Below are positions 1 to 12,180 of a stretch of 55,555 bases of DNA, in pieces. The DNA is from Octopus bimaculoides (Eukaryota): contig NC_068983.1 of NCBI RefSeq assembly GCF_001194135.2, forward strand, positions 14,083,908-14,139,462, written 5' to 3'. Numbering within the stretch: position 1 is the stretch's first letter; every line of letters starts with the position of its first letter. The position numbers and the translations under genes are program-made. The notes under the pieces were generated by a model. That model saw only the letters and a program-made list of their open reading frames with translations, was not told where the DNA came from and ran no database searches.

Positions 1-125
1 CGAAATCCCCCCTTTTTTTCCGCGGTCCCTTTTGATCGAAATTATCCCCCCCCCAGAAAAGCTCTACATTGTAATTTGTCCATTTTCTGTATTTAGCCCT
101 GTGTGGCTATAATAAAAAGATATCT
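1..125 (+). mobile_element. 3' end of an L1/Tx1-like LINE (3' UTR only)
   Basis: Ends in gccctgtgtggctataataaaaaga followed by a (tatc) tail. The terminal motif resembles the 3' end of the Tx1-like fragment at 2690-3177. Confidence 0.4.
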
Positions 126-128
126 ATC

Positions 129-272
129 TACGACAGATTCTTACAAGGTTTCTGTCTCTTAAGTTCATTCATGAGTCATTAGGTCTTTAGCAGAAGGCAT
201 TTGTCCAAGGTTCCACTTAGTGAAACTGAATCTGAAACCACGAAGGTGCGAAGCGAACTTAACCACATAGCC
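129..272 (-). mobile_element. Degenerate 5' half of SINE family B (tRNA head plus CORE-like domain)
   Basis: Reverse complement aligns by eye to the copies at 6841-7245 and 18016-18429 (ggctatgtggtta ... ggttcagattcagtttcac ... ccttggacaaatgccttct). Confidence 0.65.
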
Positions 273-410
273 TTATATACAATTTCTACAAACATGTACA
301 GTTTCTTAGTCTTTGCTTTAGGTGTAATTCCATTTAGCAAAAACTTTCTTCGTAGTTATATCTTTTGACAGGGGACTCAATAAAGCCAAGAGAATAATAA
401 TAAAGAACGA

Positions 411-575
411 AAGGTGGTGTGTTGGCAGAATCATTGGCATGCCGGGCAAAATGCTAAGCGGCATTTCGTCCGTCTTTACGTTTTGAGTTCAAATTTGGTT
501 GAGGTCGACTTTGCCTTCTATCCTTTCTGAGTCGATAAAATAAGTACCAGCTGAACACTGGGGTCGATGTTGCAA
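411..575 (+). mobile_element. SINE family A (ggcggcgagctggcagaa type)
   Basis: ggcagaatcattggcatgccgggcaaaatgctaagcggcatttcgtc ... gagttcaaat ... gtcgactttgcc ... gtcgataaaataagtaccag. Shared with at least six other copies in the window. Confidence 0.85.
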
Positions 576-738
576 TCATTCAAGCTAGTCCTAATCTGAG
601 GAGGATAAATTCCTCCCCCCGCCATCAATCTTGCAGGAAGAGGAAGTTATCTTCATGAACGCTGCACATTTTTCTGACTAGGCAAGGAAAAAATTGTCCT
701 GACAGCGTAAGTACTAATAAAATACTGGCTTCATTATA

Positions 739-988
739 AAGGCGTGTGGCCTAGAGGTTGGGGTATTGCACTCAGAATCGCAATTTCATTGTTTCGAGTC
801 CTGGACCAGGCGGTGCGTTGTGTTCCTGAGCAAAGCACTTTACTTCACGTTGCTGCAGTTCACTCAACTGTAAATGAGTAACCCTGTAGCGAACTCGCGT
901 CTCGTTCAGGGGAAATGTTATGATCTCGGTCACGTATACGTCATGGAAACCGCGTAACCGGCGCTACGAGTCCTGGGACATGAGACAG
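739..988 (+). mobile_element. SINE family D: tRNA-like head with CORE-like and V-domain-like body
   Basis: A-box-like tgtggcctagagg and B-box-like gtttcgagtcc, then gttgtgttcctgagcaaagcacttt (CORE-like) and accctgtagcgaactcgcgtctcgttcagggg (resembles the V-SINE motif ccctgcgatggactggcgtcccgtccagggg). Confidence 0.7.
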
Positions 989-2235
989 TACTTACCTTTC
1001 TATAATCACGGAAACACTTCAAGTAAATATATTGATTTGGCTCCTATTATAATTAATTCTAAAACCATATTATATGTCACTCAGTATCTACAACCAAATA
1101 ATAAACTTTGAATTTCTCCTTAGAATATATTTTCGACTGTATCTGTAACCTTTACCAACTTTTAAAATTGCAGAGACCTTAAATGTTGTTTGAATTCAGA
1201 TATATGATAAATTCTTTTGTGCAAAATATCGATAGGCTAAGGGTTATTTTTGTCCACTCTGAAATTTCCTGAACAGCAAATATTCTTTCCTTTCAAACTT
1301 TGCACGCGCTTAAAAACGGTTATTTAGGAAGATTATATTTCATTTCACATCAAGTACAAAAGGAATTATTTAATAAAGCGCTTAGAGTAATGTTGCATCA
1401 AATTACAACACTTTTCTGCTTGTTCGGTTGATTTTTAAATCAATCGGACTACTACATGTTTTGAATATATCTATAACGACTTTGATAATAAACAGTAACA
1501 GTAATCTTTTATCTACAAAGAAACTATTTTGAATAAGAAAGAAGGGCCTCAATATAATTATTTCGCCACGGAATCTAAAATCGAATAAATAAAGAAGATC
1601 TGAATTCATAGCGGAATCATCTCTCTTATAGCCCTGAAATTTCTCATGTGCATAATAAGGTTTGCTTCACAACCTTCGTGTGATTTCACATAAAATAACT
1701 GAGAAGATTACATTCAGTGTATCTGTAATATTATTTATAAACACGACTCTCCAATTTCTGGCTATATGATCATATTTGCTTTAATGTGTATAGAAATGTC
1801 AGATTCTATTGCTTAAAATTCGATGATTCCTCTCTCTTATCCTGAGTGTGCGTGACTCTCATACGGCATATATGATTGAACATATGTAATGCCCCTTTTC
1901 TGTGTGTTCCGATACACATCCATACATAAATATATTTCTACTTACAAAATATATTATTCTTTTTCTTGTTTCTTTCCATAATTGTGCAAATCTACGATCA
2001 AAGATTCCTCAGTAGTGATATATATATATATATATATACTATATCAAATTTGACACTCGAGAATAATTCGCACAGGAGACTCAGAACAGAGTAGCAAATT
2101 TGATATAATGTGTGCGTGTGCATGTGTGTATGAGTGTGCATTTGCGTGTGTATGTATGTGTGTGTGTGCGTGTGTATACATCTATATGCATATATGTATT
2201 TCTAAGCGAATATATATGCATGTACGTTTGTATGT

Positions 2236-2410
2236 ATGGCGAGCTGACAGAACAGTTACCGCAGCGCGCGAGACGCATAGTGGCAATTCTTCTCTCTTTA
2301 CGTCTTAAGTTCAAATTCCGCCAAGATCGACTTGGCCATTCGTCCTTTCGCGGTTTGAGAGAATAAGTACCAGTTGGACACTAGAGTGGTTACAATCCAC
2401 TAACTTCCTC
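2236..2410 (+). mobile_element. SINE family A, diverged copy
   Basis: ggcgagctgacagaa ... ttcaaattccgccaagatcgacttggcc ... aataagtaccagtt. Confidence 0.75.
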
Positions 2411-2445
2411 CCGCGAAATTACTGACCTAGTAACAACATTCAAAG

Positions 2446-2477
<32 letters not shown>

Positions 2478-2689
2478 CCACAGAAATTTTGTCGGACGAT
2501 GAAAGCAGTGAGGAATGGCAAATAGCTCAGAGTCAGTGAATATGAACTCATATTAAGTTGCAGAAAAGGCGAGCAGAAGGAAAAGAACACAGAGTAGAAA
2601 GAAATTTAAGCCGTAGACAGGGAAGTTGGTGCATGGACAGATGAATAAGTGGGAGGAGATAAATAAACGAGTGAAAGAATATACTGTTC

Positions 2690-3177
2690 GAAAGTTTATT
2701 TGTCTAGTGGCTGTAGCGAAAGAGGTAGTATGCTGGACCCATTTGAAAAGGTTAAAGACAGGCACTTTCCTCTTTGGCCAAGCCCTCATCAGCTTTTTCA
2801 AGTTTTACCTGAAAAGGAAGTTGATGGTGGAGAGGGAAGTGTTGCCTTGTAGCAAGTTTGTTGAAAGGTGGGTGAATGTTGGAAGAATGGCCAGTGTGAA
2901 AGGAATAATTCTGAGCGTGCACCTGTAAACAAAAGAAGAAGGGCTCTTGCCCTGTTGTTCAGACACCCGTGACTTTTGTGGGTTTTTTCACGAGATCCTC
3001 AACGCGCCTCCCCTATTGGGAGTTTTAAATTGTTTAATTTTTATTATTGTTTACACGTTGTTAAACCCATTGTATCGTCGTGTTTTTGTCTTGTATGTTG
3101 TTGTATGTCTCTTAATGTAATTTTATGTACGCCCTTGTGGCTAATAAACGAATTAATTATTATTATTATTATTATTA
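2690..3177 (+). mobile_element. 5'-truncated L1/Tx1-clade LINE: ORF2 C-terminus, 3' UTR and (ATT)n tail
   Basis: ORF 2626-2928 ends FICLVAVAKEVVCWTHLKRLKTGTFLFGQALISFFKFYLKRKLMVEREVLPCSKFVERWVNVGRMASVKG, typical of Tx1 ORF2 ends (W...L...ER.....F..RW). It is followed by a T-rich UTR, gcccttgtggctaataaa and (att)n. Confidence 0.75.
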
Positions 3178-3236
3178 AGGTTACTGGTCTTTACCCTGGT
3201 GGCCCAGGTTGTGTCCCCGCCATGGGAACAGTTATT

Positions 3237-3410
3237 AAGGCGCAGCGAGCAGGCAGAACCGTTAGCATGTTAGGTAAAAGGCTTAGCGGCTTTTCGTCTA
3301 TCTTTACATTCTGAGTTCAAATACTGCCGAGGCGTACTTATTTCATCGACCCCTTTCGGGATCGGTGAAGTAAGCACTAGTTGACCACTTGGGTCAACGA
3401 AATCGCAGAA
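3237..3410 (+). mobile_element. SINE family A, diverged copy
   Basis: aaggcgcagcgagcaggcagaaccgttagcatg ... ctttacattctgagttcaaatactgccgagg. Confidence 0.8.
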
Positions 3411-4799
3411 AAGACAATTATCATCACCATCATTATTATTATTCTTTTTATTGCTGTTGTTATTATTTTTCCTTTTCTTTTCATTTATTTTCTTTATTAT
3501 TCTCAATCACCACCCATTGTAAAATATTAAACCTTTTGATCGGCAACAACTCTCAAAAATTTGAAGTTAATAAAAAATAAGTTAATGAATTAAAAAATAT
3601 ATATTATTCTCTCAAATCTGGGAAAATTCCCTCAAATTGATGAAACTGAAGGAATAATTATCTCAAGTTGATAATTCTTAAGAAATAAAGCTTCATTACA
3701 ATAATCAAGAAAGTACTTCTCTGGATAATTGCTGAACCATTATATCGGAAAGAACTCCATAGAATTTAAAGTTAATAAAAATAGGTTAAAAAACGAAAAA
3801 AATAATTATATAACACAATTAAATCAGGGATAATTTTCTTGAGTTATTGTTATTGAACAAATAACGTATTTAAACTATTAAGAAGTTTAAACATTACAAA
3901 AAAAAAAAAATACTAGGAAATGGGGAAAGTGATCCGAATTAAAATTTTTAGAATTTTTATTTAGCTATGATACACTCTCCAGTGTTTAACGGATAAAAGG
4001 ATTGTCAGCCGAAATTTGAATACTTGGAACGAAAAGTAAAAGACAAAATATAAACAAACAAAAAACAAAACAAAGCAGACAAAAACAAAAAAAAAGAAGA
4101 AGAAGCAAACGAATAAATAAACAAAACAAAACAAAAACTATATACCCATTTGAACAATCTTCTGCAACTAGAAATCCATTTTAGAATATGTGCTTCAAGC
4201 CTACAAAAATATTTAGTCAAGGAACAATGGGGAACTAATACAATTAACTACAAAGCATGAACAGAATAAGACAGGAAACTGCTTCCTGCTTTCAAGGCAT
4301 TCAAAGCATTTAAAAAACAAATGCGGTAGTAAGTAGTTGTAAGGGGCATGGAGTAATAAGCTAATAGAAATGGATAAAAAATTAAAATGCAAACTAGGTG
4401 TATCTAGGACTACATTATTTTATGTGTCCTTTCTTTGTAAGATGGAAGCGGTAATCTTGTCCCACCTTTTTAGGATCGCCTTGGACTATTTATTTAATGA
4501 CGATATTGTGTCTTTAGTAGAGTTTTGTAACCAAGAAAAGTGCATCTTTGCCTGAATTCTTCGTATGATTACTTGTATTTAGTCGCCCTGTGAAATGACA
4601 CCTCATAATATGTGATTTCAGAGATTTGGATGCTACTTCTAGCATGATTAGCGTCCGTTTAGAAGCTCACTTGTGCTGTTGCTAATATTTATGTTGTTTT
4701 TCCCCAACCGCACCTCACTAACTACAATTATTCGTTGTAATAATCTCATCAGACGTCTACTCCACCACTACTTCCCTCACGAAAGATAATTAAAAGAAA

Positions 4800-5018
4800 C
4801 TCCTCCTCCTTTTCCCTTCTTCCTCTGTTCCTATACTCCCCCAAACCCCTCCTCCCCATTCTCATCCACCTTTTCTCCCTCTCCCTTTATCTCTTCTCCC
4901 CTGCTCCTGTTATCCCTAAAACCCGTTCACCCAATTCCCCTCCCCTCGCCTCCTCCTCGTCCCTTCCCTCCCCTCCTCCTCGTCCCTTCCCTCCCTTCCT
5001 CCTCGTCCCTTCCCTCCC
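4800..5018. repeat. Pyrimidine-rich tract ending in about 3 copies of a ~22-nt unit (cctcctcgtcccttccctcc)
   Basis: Almost pure C/T on the + strand. The tandem unit is visible at 4950-5018 and runs into an assembly gap. Confidence 0.85.
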
Positions 5019-5230
5019 NNNNNNNNNNNNNNNNNNNNNNNNNNNNNNNNNNNNNNNNNNNNNNNNNNNNNNNNNNNNNNNNNNNNNNNNNNNNNNNNNN
5101 NNNNNNNNNNNNNNNNNNNNNNNNNNNNNNNNNNNNNNNNNNNNNNNNNNNNNNNNNNNNNNNNNNNNNNNNNNNNNNNNNNNNNNNNNNNNNNNNNNNN
5201 NNNNNNNNNNNNNNNNNNNNNNNNNNNNNN

Positions 5231-5415
5231 CGCTTGACAACCGATGCTGGAGTTTATGTCCCCGTAACTTAGCGGTTCGGCTAAAGAAATCGATAGAATA
5301 TGTACTAGGCTTACAAAGAATAAATCCTGGGGTCGATTTGCTCGACTAAAGGCGGTGCTCCAGCATGGCCGCAGTCAAATGACTGAAACAAGTAAAAGAG
5401 TAAAAGAGAAAAGAG
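5231..5415 (+). mobile_element. SINE family B, 3' half
   Basis: cgcttgacaaccgatgctgg ... gtcgatttgctcgactaaaggcggtgctccagcatggccgcagtcaaatgactgaaacaagtaaaagag. The 5' half is lost in the gap. Confidence 0.9.
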
Positions 5416-6840
5416 TATCACATGCAGACAAGACCACAATTTTTTTTTGTAGGGCAGGGGATGATTTATGCCACTAAATCGACCCTAGTACTTCGCTAGT
5501 ATTTCGTGTTATCAATCTCGGTGATAAAATGAATGTGTAAGAGATCTATTATCATCAGAAATGTATAAATATTTTTATGCGATCATTTTTTTGGTAAGTT
5601 TTCTTTCAATCACACTAGAAGAAAAGATAGAAACAAAGACAGGAAAAAAGAAAAAAAAAACGAACCAAGGAAAAGAATGCAAATAATTAAAATACCATAA
5701 GTGTAACAGAAAAATAGATAGAAGCAACACATTGAAATATTAAAAAAAATATATCTTATTAAATCCATTAAAAAATATTTACAACACCAAATAACGGTGC
5801 ACTCTGTTATAATTTAATTCGGCAGAACAATAAAATCTAGAAAAAAGGGGAAAAAAAAGCAAATGAAAAATTGCAAAAAAAATCTCTAGCTTAACATATA
5901 TCAGAAAACAAATAAACAAAAAAAAAACACCAAAAAAAACATCAAAAAATCACCTTCTTTTGTGAAAGTTTCCAAGGATATTTTGAGACAATAACTGAGC
6001 GACCTGCATCACCTTTCAGGTGAAAAGGTCAAACTTTTTCTCGAATATTCCTTAATAATAAAGATTAAGCTTACTAATTCTGGAAATTTGCCGTAAGGAA
6101 AGATTTCTCTCATCCAAGCATTATCATTTTTTAAATTTCTTTTATTTTTACTTTCTCTCTCTTCTGTACTTTGATTGTTTCGACTGTTGCCATTTTTAGC
6201 TGTTGTTTTCTACAACTACTGAAAACAAAAAAAGATTTTGCGAAAGCCATCTCCTAAATATTTCTTTCTTTTGAATATCTAAGCATAGGAAACATTCTGT
6301 AATCATTTGATTCTAAAACTTCCGCCTTAATACTTCAATTTCCATTTTTACGATATTTACTGCAGTAATATTAAAACTAGAAAATAGATTTAATTTGAAA
6401 GAGGATTATGTAAGAAAACCAATTTAGGAACTGGCCGTTGAGAAATCTAAAAGTAGAGTACGAATGGCAATAAAATTTAGAACATAGACAGAAATTATAA
6501 AGTTTATCTGCTAATCAGAATAATGTGGTGTACGGTGAGGTGAACTGGAAAATAAAATCTTACATATTGGTTTTTGAATTTGGCAGAGCTATAGAAATAG
6601 CGTGGGAGATGTAATCTTGCTGGTACTAATTTTATCGACTACTGTAGGATGAAATACAAAGCCAAATTTAACAAGATTTGAATTCAAAATTCAAAATGGA
6701 CAGAAGTAAAAAGCTCTGCCGAACCAATAAATGAGTCTCTTATTGGTGTTTCAGCCTGCGAGAAATAGCAACTAAATTTCCGTCAATTCTTGTCTTGCAG
6801 TTTCAGGAAACACTGGTTAAAATAGTTCAAACTAATAACT

Positions 6841-7245
6841 CTTTTACTCTTTTACTTGTTTCAGTCATGTGTCTGTGGCCATGCTGGAGCACTGCCTTTA
6901 GTCGAGCAAATCGACCTCAAGACTTATTCTTTGTAAGCCTAGTATTTATTCTATCGGTCTATTTTGCCGAACAGCTAAGTCACAGGGACGTAAACACACC
7001 AGCATCGGTTATCAAGCGATGTTGGGGGGACAAACACAGACATACAAACACACACACACTCACACACACACACACATATATATACGACAGGCTTCTTTCA
7101 GTTTCCGTCTACCAAATCCACTCACAAGGCTTTGGTCGGGCCAAAGCTATAGTAGAAGACACTTGTCTAAGGTGCCACGCAGTGGGACTAAACTCGTAAC
7201 CATGTAGCTGGTAAGCAAGCTACTTACCACACAGCCACTCCTACG
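6841..7245 (-). mobile_element. Full-length SINE family B (tRNA head, CORE-like domain, internal CA/TA microsatellite, 3' tail) with 9-bp TSD
   Basis: Minus strand starts cgtaggagtggctgtgtggtaagtagc and ends gaaacaagtaaaagagtaaaag. Direct repeat ctaataact at 6832-6840 and 7246-7254. Confidence 0.92.
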
Positions 7246-7732
7246 CTAATAACTGAAAAAAAAACAAATGGGTGACATGTTTCTAACGCTTTTGACCATA
7301 AATCTGCATAATAACGGCTAATCCATGGCTAAACTTCAACAACAGCAACTAAATAACAAAAACAACACCTAAATATACACAGCGTTCTAGCATTTTTTCC
7401 TTTATAAGTTTAAATATTAATGCTAACTTTATCAATGAGTATAAAAATCACTACTAGCACGGCAGTTAATTTACGTAATTTACGTCTAAAGCACATTTAT
7501 GCAAATTAAGCTATCCACTTCGGTAAGAGCTTAATTTCTGACTGATTTATATTTAAACAGAATATTTTATGCTTTCGATTGGCAAAACGATCGGATACGT
7601 TTCCTTTGAAGAGCTGCCAACAATCTATGAAACTGTACGTCAGACATCTCCCACTCTTTTCCCTGCATATGGAAAGGCATAGAATAAATGTATTCACATT
7701 CTTGTAATATCATATCGCAGCTAGGCATTCTC

Positions 7733-7812
<80 letters not shown>

Positions 7813-8245
7813 AACTCACACATACACATATATATTTGTAACATTCAACAATCTCACTGAAGAGCGTAAGAAATAATTAGAGAAATTCGTTCATTCTTAT
7901 GTAGCTAGTTAATAGAAATCGAATAGTTTCATCACTGATACATAAATTTTATGCTTGTTAACCATTTTACATATTTCCTAATACATAAATCTTAATTAAT
8001 GTAAGAACATTTTAACATGTTCAGTGATCATAGAATGCTATTTCATTTGCTTTCTAATCAATTTTGCCTGTTAAATGAAGACACTAATACAAATATATAT
8101 CCTATTATCAATTATTTAAATGTGCAATATTTGACTTTATAGCTGAATAATATTTGCTTATTTCCATCTCTTCAAATCACTTCATCTATATCTTCAATAG
8201 ACTTTCATTTACTTTAATTACAATTATGATTCTTGTCTAACACAG

Positions 8246-8299
8246 GAAATTCGCTGGAAATGTAACAAAGTGTCAGCTATCCGCAACCAGTGGTTTAAG
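8246..8299 (+). CDS. Candidate 54-nt internal exon of an unidentified gene (EIRWKCNKVSAIRNQWFK in phase 0)
   Basis: Acceptor ttcttgtctaacacag| with a ctaac branch-like motif, donor AAG|gtaaca, length divisible by 3, and two of three frames open. No homology recognised. Confidence 0.25.
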
Positions 8300-8568
8300 G
8301 TAACACTTTTCATTTAAATTTTCAGAACTCTGCTCGCAATTCGTGCAGATCAAAGCAGTACTGTTTTCTGTAGATACTCTATCTTCGCATACACTCATAT
8401 CCTTTTTCTATCCAGTTTGTGAGCTTGATATTTATAGTTCTCGAAGTTCTTTTCTTTTTTATCATTTCATTGTTATATATAAATCCCTACACTTTATGTC
8501 TGCCTCTGTATTATCCTTTGCTCTTGTGGCAAATAAATGAAAATATTATTATTATTATTATTATTATT

Positions 8569-9122
8569 GAGTGAGAGAGCAGTGCATGCCATCAAAGTGA
8601 CACTGGGGTAAAATATACGAAGCCCATTATACCCATCATGACTACCTGTCTGATAAGGGTACACCAGGCACATGCATCACAACCATATGTGCGCGACATG
8701 GTGATCTCATATCAAGATAAACAGCGCATGACCTCGCAGGTGGGGCCCAGTTAGAATTTTCTTCAGGTCGAGTAGCCCATCCTGCTCAAAAGGTCCCTGA
8801 ATAAGGTTTGTTTAAGGATGTTGAGCAAAACAGCCATGTTTCCAAAGGTGAATTATTCAAACCCCAAAGAATTCCTCTTAACACATGGCTATGATGCTCC
8901 CCCACTTCTTCTGCTCACGATCAGAGATGCACATATCGTCAGCCACTAAGGGACATGTTCAACTGGTTATGGTCAAGGAACTGACAAGCAAATCTGTGGT
9001 ATTAAGCAGAATATTTGCTGTAGCCCATCTTTTGTACCAAGACAAAACAATGTACATGATAACACTTACAATCAATTAAGATCAGAAGCCATGAGAGCCA
9101 CTGACTGGTACTGCATCTGGGC

Positions 9123-9124
<2 letters not shown>
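8569..9124 (-). mobile_element. ~556-bp non-coding interspersed element embedded in (ATT)n (probable non-autonomous retroelement or LINE 3' UTR)
   Basis: A complex, GC-richer block sharply bounded by (att)n at 8544-8568 and 9125-9175, with no long ORF. The strand is inferred from an (AAT)n tail on the minus strand. Confidence 0.6.
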
Positions 9125-9176
<52 letters not shown>

Positions 9177-9341
9177 TAAGGTGGTGAGCTGTGAGGATCA
9201 TTAGAATCCCACCGAGGTCGACATTTTCAGGTCGATATATTAAGTACCCGTTGTGTACTCGTGTCAATGTAATCGACTATCCACCTCCCCACGAATTCCA
9301 GGCCTTGTCCCTTAGTAGAGAGGATTTTTATTATTATTATT
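9177..9341 (+). mobile_element. SINE family A, internally deleted copy
   Basis: aaggtggtgagctg ... aatcccaccgaggtcgac ... aatcgact ... ttccaggccttgtcccttagtagagaggatt(att)n. Confidence 0.75.
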
Positions 9342-9535
9342 GAAGACGTCGCACAGTATTCAATATTGTAATGTTGTAGATTGAAGATGTTGTTTGTACC
9401 GGGGATTTGCAGTCTGTGAAGTCACGACAAAGACCTCAAACAGGCAGTAGTTTACACAGTACGCGTGCACTTCCAAGTAAATCCCAATTTTACGATGCAC
9501 CAAGATAATAGGGTATTTCTATTATTATTGTTACT

Positions 9536-9758
9536 AAGGCGAGCACACCGGACAAAATGCTTAACGGCATTTCGTCCGTCTTTATGTTCTGAGTTCAAAT
9601 TCCACCGATGTCGACCTTGCTTTCATCCGTCGGGTATAATAAAATAAATACCAGCTGAGCACTGGCATCGATATAATCGACTTAGTCCTCCTCCGAATTT
9701 GCTGTTCTTGTGCCACAATTTGAAACCATTACTATTGTTGTTGTTATTATTATTATTA

Positions 9759-9799
<41 letters not shown>

Positions 9800-9845
9800 G
9801 TTATTGTTATTGTTATTGTTATTGTTGTTGTTGTGTTTGTGGTTG
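9536..9845 (+). mobile_element. SINE family A with expanded (ATT)/(GTT) tail
   Basis: aaggcgagcacaccggacaaaatgcttaacggcatttcgtccgtc ... tttgaaacc, followed by about 110 nt of trinucleotide repeats. Confidence 0.85.
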
Positions 9846-11361
9846 TTCCTCTTTATTTTCATTTTATTTTTGTCAGCTTCTCTCTTATCCTTTCAATAGG
9901 TAAACTCACTTCCTGTCACAGTCACGTCAGTCCCTACATATATCGATAATTAGAACTTTCTATTGCCTTTCAACAAAATATCTCTTAAATTACCTCATTT
10001 CCTGATGATTTGAAACGAAACGAAATATTCGTATTAATGACATTTCATTTTACCACACAATGTTTTCTTTCTTTCTGTCTTTCTTTTCCTCTTTCTATTA
10101 AAATCTGTTTTGCTTCCGTTTTACTTTTTGATTTTCTCTCTTTTGGTTACAATGACACGCATAAACACAAACACACGCAGACACGCACATATAATAAGTA
10201 CATAGTATACATACATACGTACACAAATACAGACCCACAGTGCAAAGACCTACACATATACGTAATTATAACATAAATACATACACATATACAAACAGCA
10301 AAAACATTCTCTGCAACAGTGTTAACTATCGAAGCGGTAAACAACCAACCATAACTGCGAAAGCGAATAGCTGATATCAGCTATCTATCATCAACACAAA
10401 ATAAATTTAGTTCACTCAGCAAAATAACTCTATCTTGGGAAATTGTTTCAATTTTTAAAAATTATTTCCTCCTTTTCAAAACTACATTTATAATCATTAC
10501 TTCCAGTTATATATTTCTCCAAAACAATGATATTTCAAAATAGCTTCTCCCTTGTTAGTAAGGCATTTAAATGATATTTAATTCTCAGCATGAGGTTTAC
10601 AACATAATTTCTTTCTGTATTTCATAAAATAATTTTCTCAAGCCATGTTATATGACAATATTTATTAATTTCATATCTCGCACGAGTGTCTTTTTTTTAT
10701 TTTAAATTTGCATTTTAAATTTTAGATATAATTTTCTCTCTCACTCTTCTACTCTCTCCTTTTCTTCTTTCCACACTTCTCTCTTTCTCCACACACATAC
10801 GCACATATATTTTTGATATTATATAGTTGTTAGTCACTTATAATTAACATGATAATATAAAATATACATATTCTGACACACATGAAAAGGAAGAAGTAGA
10901 GGAAGAAGTGCTAAAATTGAGAAAAAAAACAAAACAAACAAAACAAAATAAAGCATTAACAATATGCTCGTTAGTACAACAAAATGGAAAAGAGATTTTC
11001 ATCAGTTATCAAGGATTGTATTGAAATGATATATTCTATTAGCATGACAAACAAAGGCAAAAAAAAATAGAACAACAACAACAACTTCGTGTTCAAATTA
11101 CCTTGAGTTAATCTAATTTGTTCATCTAAAACAGCGAATGGAAAATTATAGCGATAATGAATTTGTGGAACAGATACTAATGGAGAGAAAACGAAGAAAG
11201 AGCAAATCTAAAAGTATGATGAATGANNNNNNNNNNNNNNNNNNNNNNNNNNNNNNNNNNNNNNNNNNNNNNNNNNNNNNNNNNNNNNNNNNNNNNNNNN
11301 NNNNNNNNNNNNNNNNNNNNNNNNNNNNNNNNNNNNNNNNNNNNNNNNNNNNNNNNNNNNN

Positions 11362-11395
<34 letters not shown>

Positions 11396-11397
<2 letters not shown>

Positions 11398-12180
11398 GGA
11401 TGTGATGGGTAGGTTGTCGCCATTCTATATTTTAATTTCATGCATGCGCATTGCTTGTTTTTGATTTTGTCCACTACAGAGTATCATAGGGTCAGTTCGA
11501 CAACATCTGTGAGAAAAGCATTTCCATGACATAATTTACTCTGTCAGAAATTTGAAAACGACATGCTGTAGTGCTTGGGATTCGCGCCAGAAAGTCCAGT
11601 ACGAGCAGATGGCGAATACAGAACAACTGTTGGCTTGCCGTGTCCACAAAGTATGTACCGAGAATGAAAAAACTGAAACACCCAGTCAACATCACGGTTT
11701 TTGGATTGATTACAAGTGATGGCGACGTTATGCCTCCATTCATCTTACCTCACAGACTCAGACTCAATACAGAGTAGTGCTGTCCTGGGTGAAGAGGGTG
11801 GCTGCTGGAAGACCTTATGTCTGGCAACAGGTCTCTGCACCATGCCACACAAGCAGGAGAACCCAGTCATGGCTGTCAGACAATTTATGCGACCACATCA
11901 TCCTAGTATCTGGCCACCTAACCCCCCAGAGTGCAACCCTCTTGATGATTATGTGTGGGGAGCAGTTGAATGAAAGACCAGCAAAACTCCTTGTAACACC
12001 AAAGATGAAATGCTGGGAAGAATTATGGCAGCATTCACCAACTTAAAAAGGAAACCCTCCAGAAGAGTTGCAGGAGATTCGGAAGTCGTCTGAAGGTCGA
12101 ATTTTAAGGCAATGGCGTTTTATTGAAGAAATTTACTTTTTAGTACTTCAAGATATATTAGTGTAATTTTGGTAAATACA
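11396..12180 (+). mobile_element. Internally deleted Tc1/mariner transposon of the maT (DD37D)-like type; transposase pseudogene
   Basis: TA-caggatgtgatggg left end. Degenerate start at 11526 (MT*FTLSEI*KRHAVVLGIRA). Frameshifted motifs KHPVNITVFGLITSDGDVMPPF, WVKRVAAGRPYVWQQVSAPCHTSRRTQSWLSDN and WPPNPPECNPLDDYVWGAVE match the QQDSAP.H and SPD.NPLDY.VW motifs of maT/rosa transposases. Confidence 0.85.

Noticed and set aside
637-712. Exon-like cag|...|gtaagt on the + strand
   Set aside because: All three frames contain stop codons.
10367-10384. Perfect 18-bp palindrome atagctgatatcagctat
   Set aside because: About one such palindrome is expected by chance in this much AT-rich sequence.
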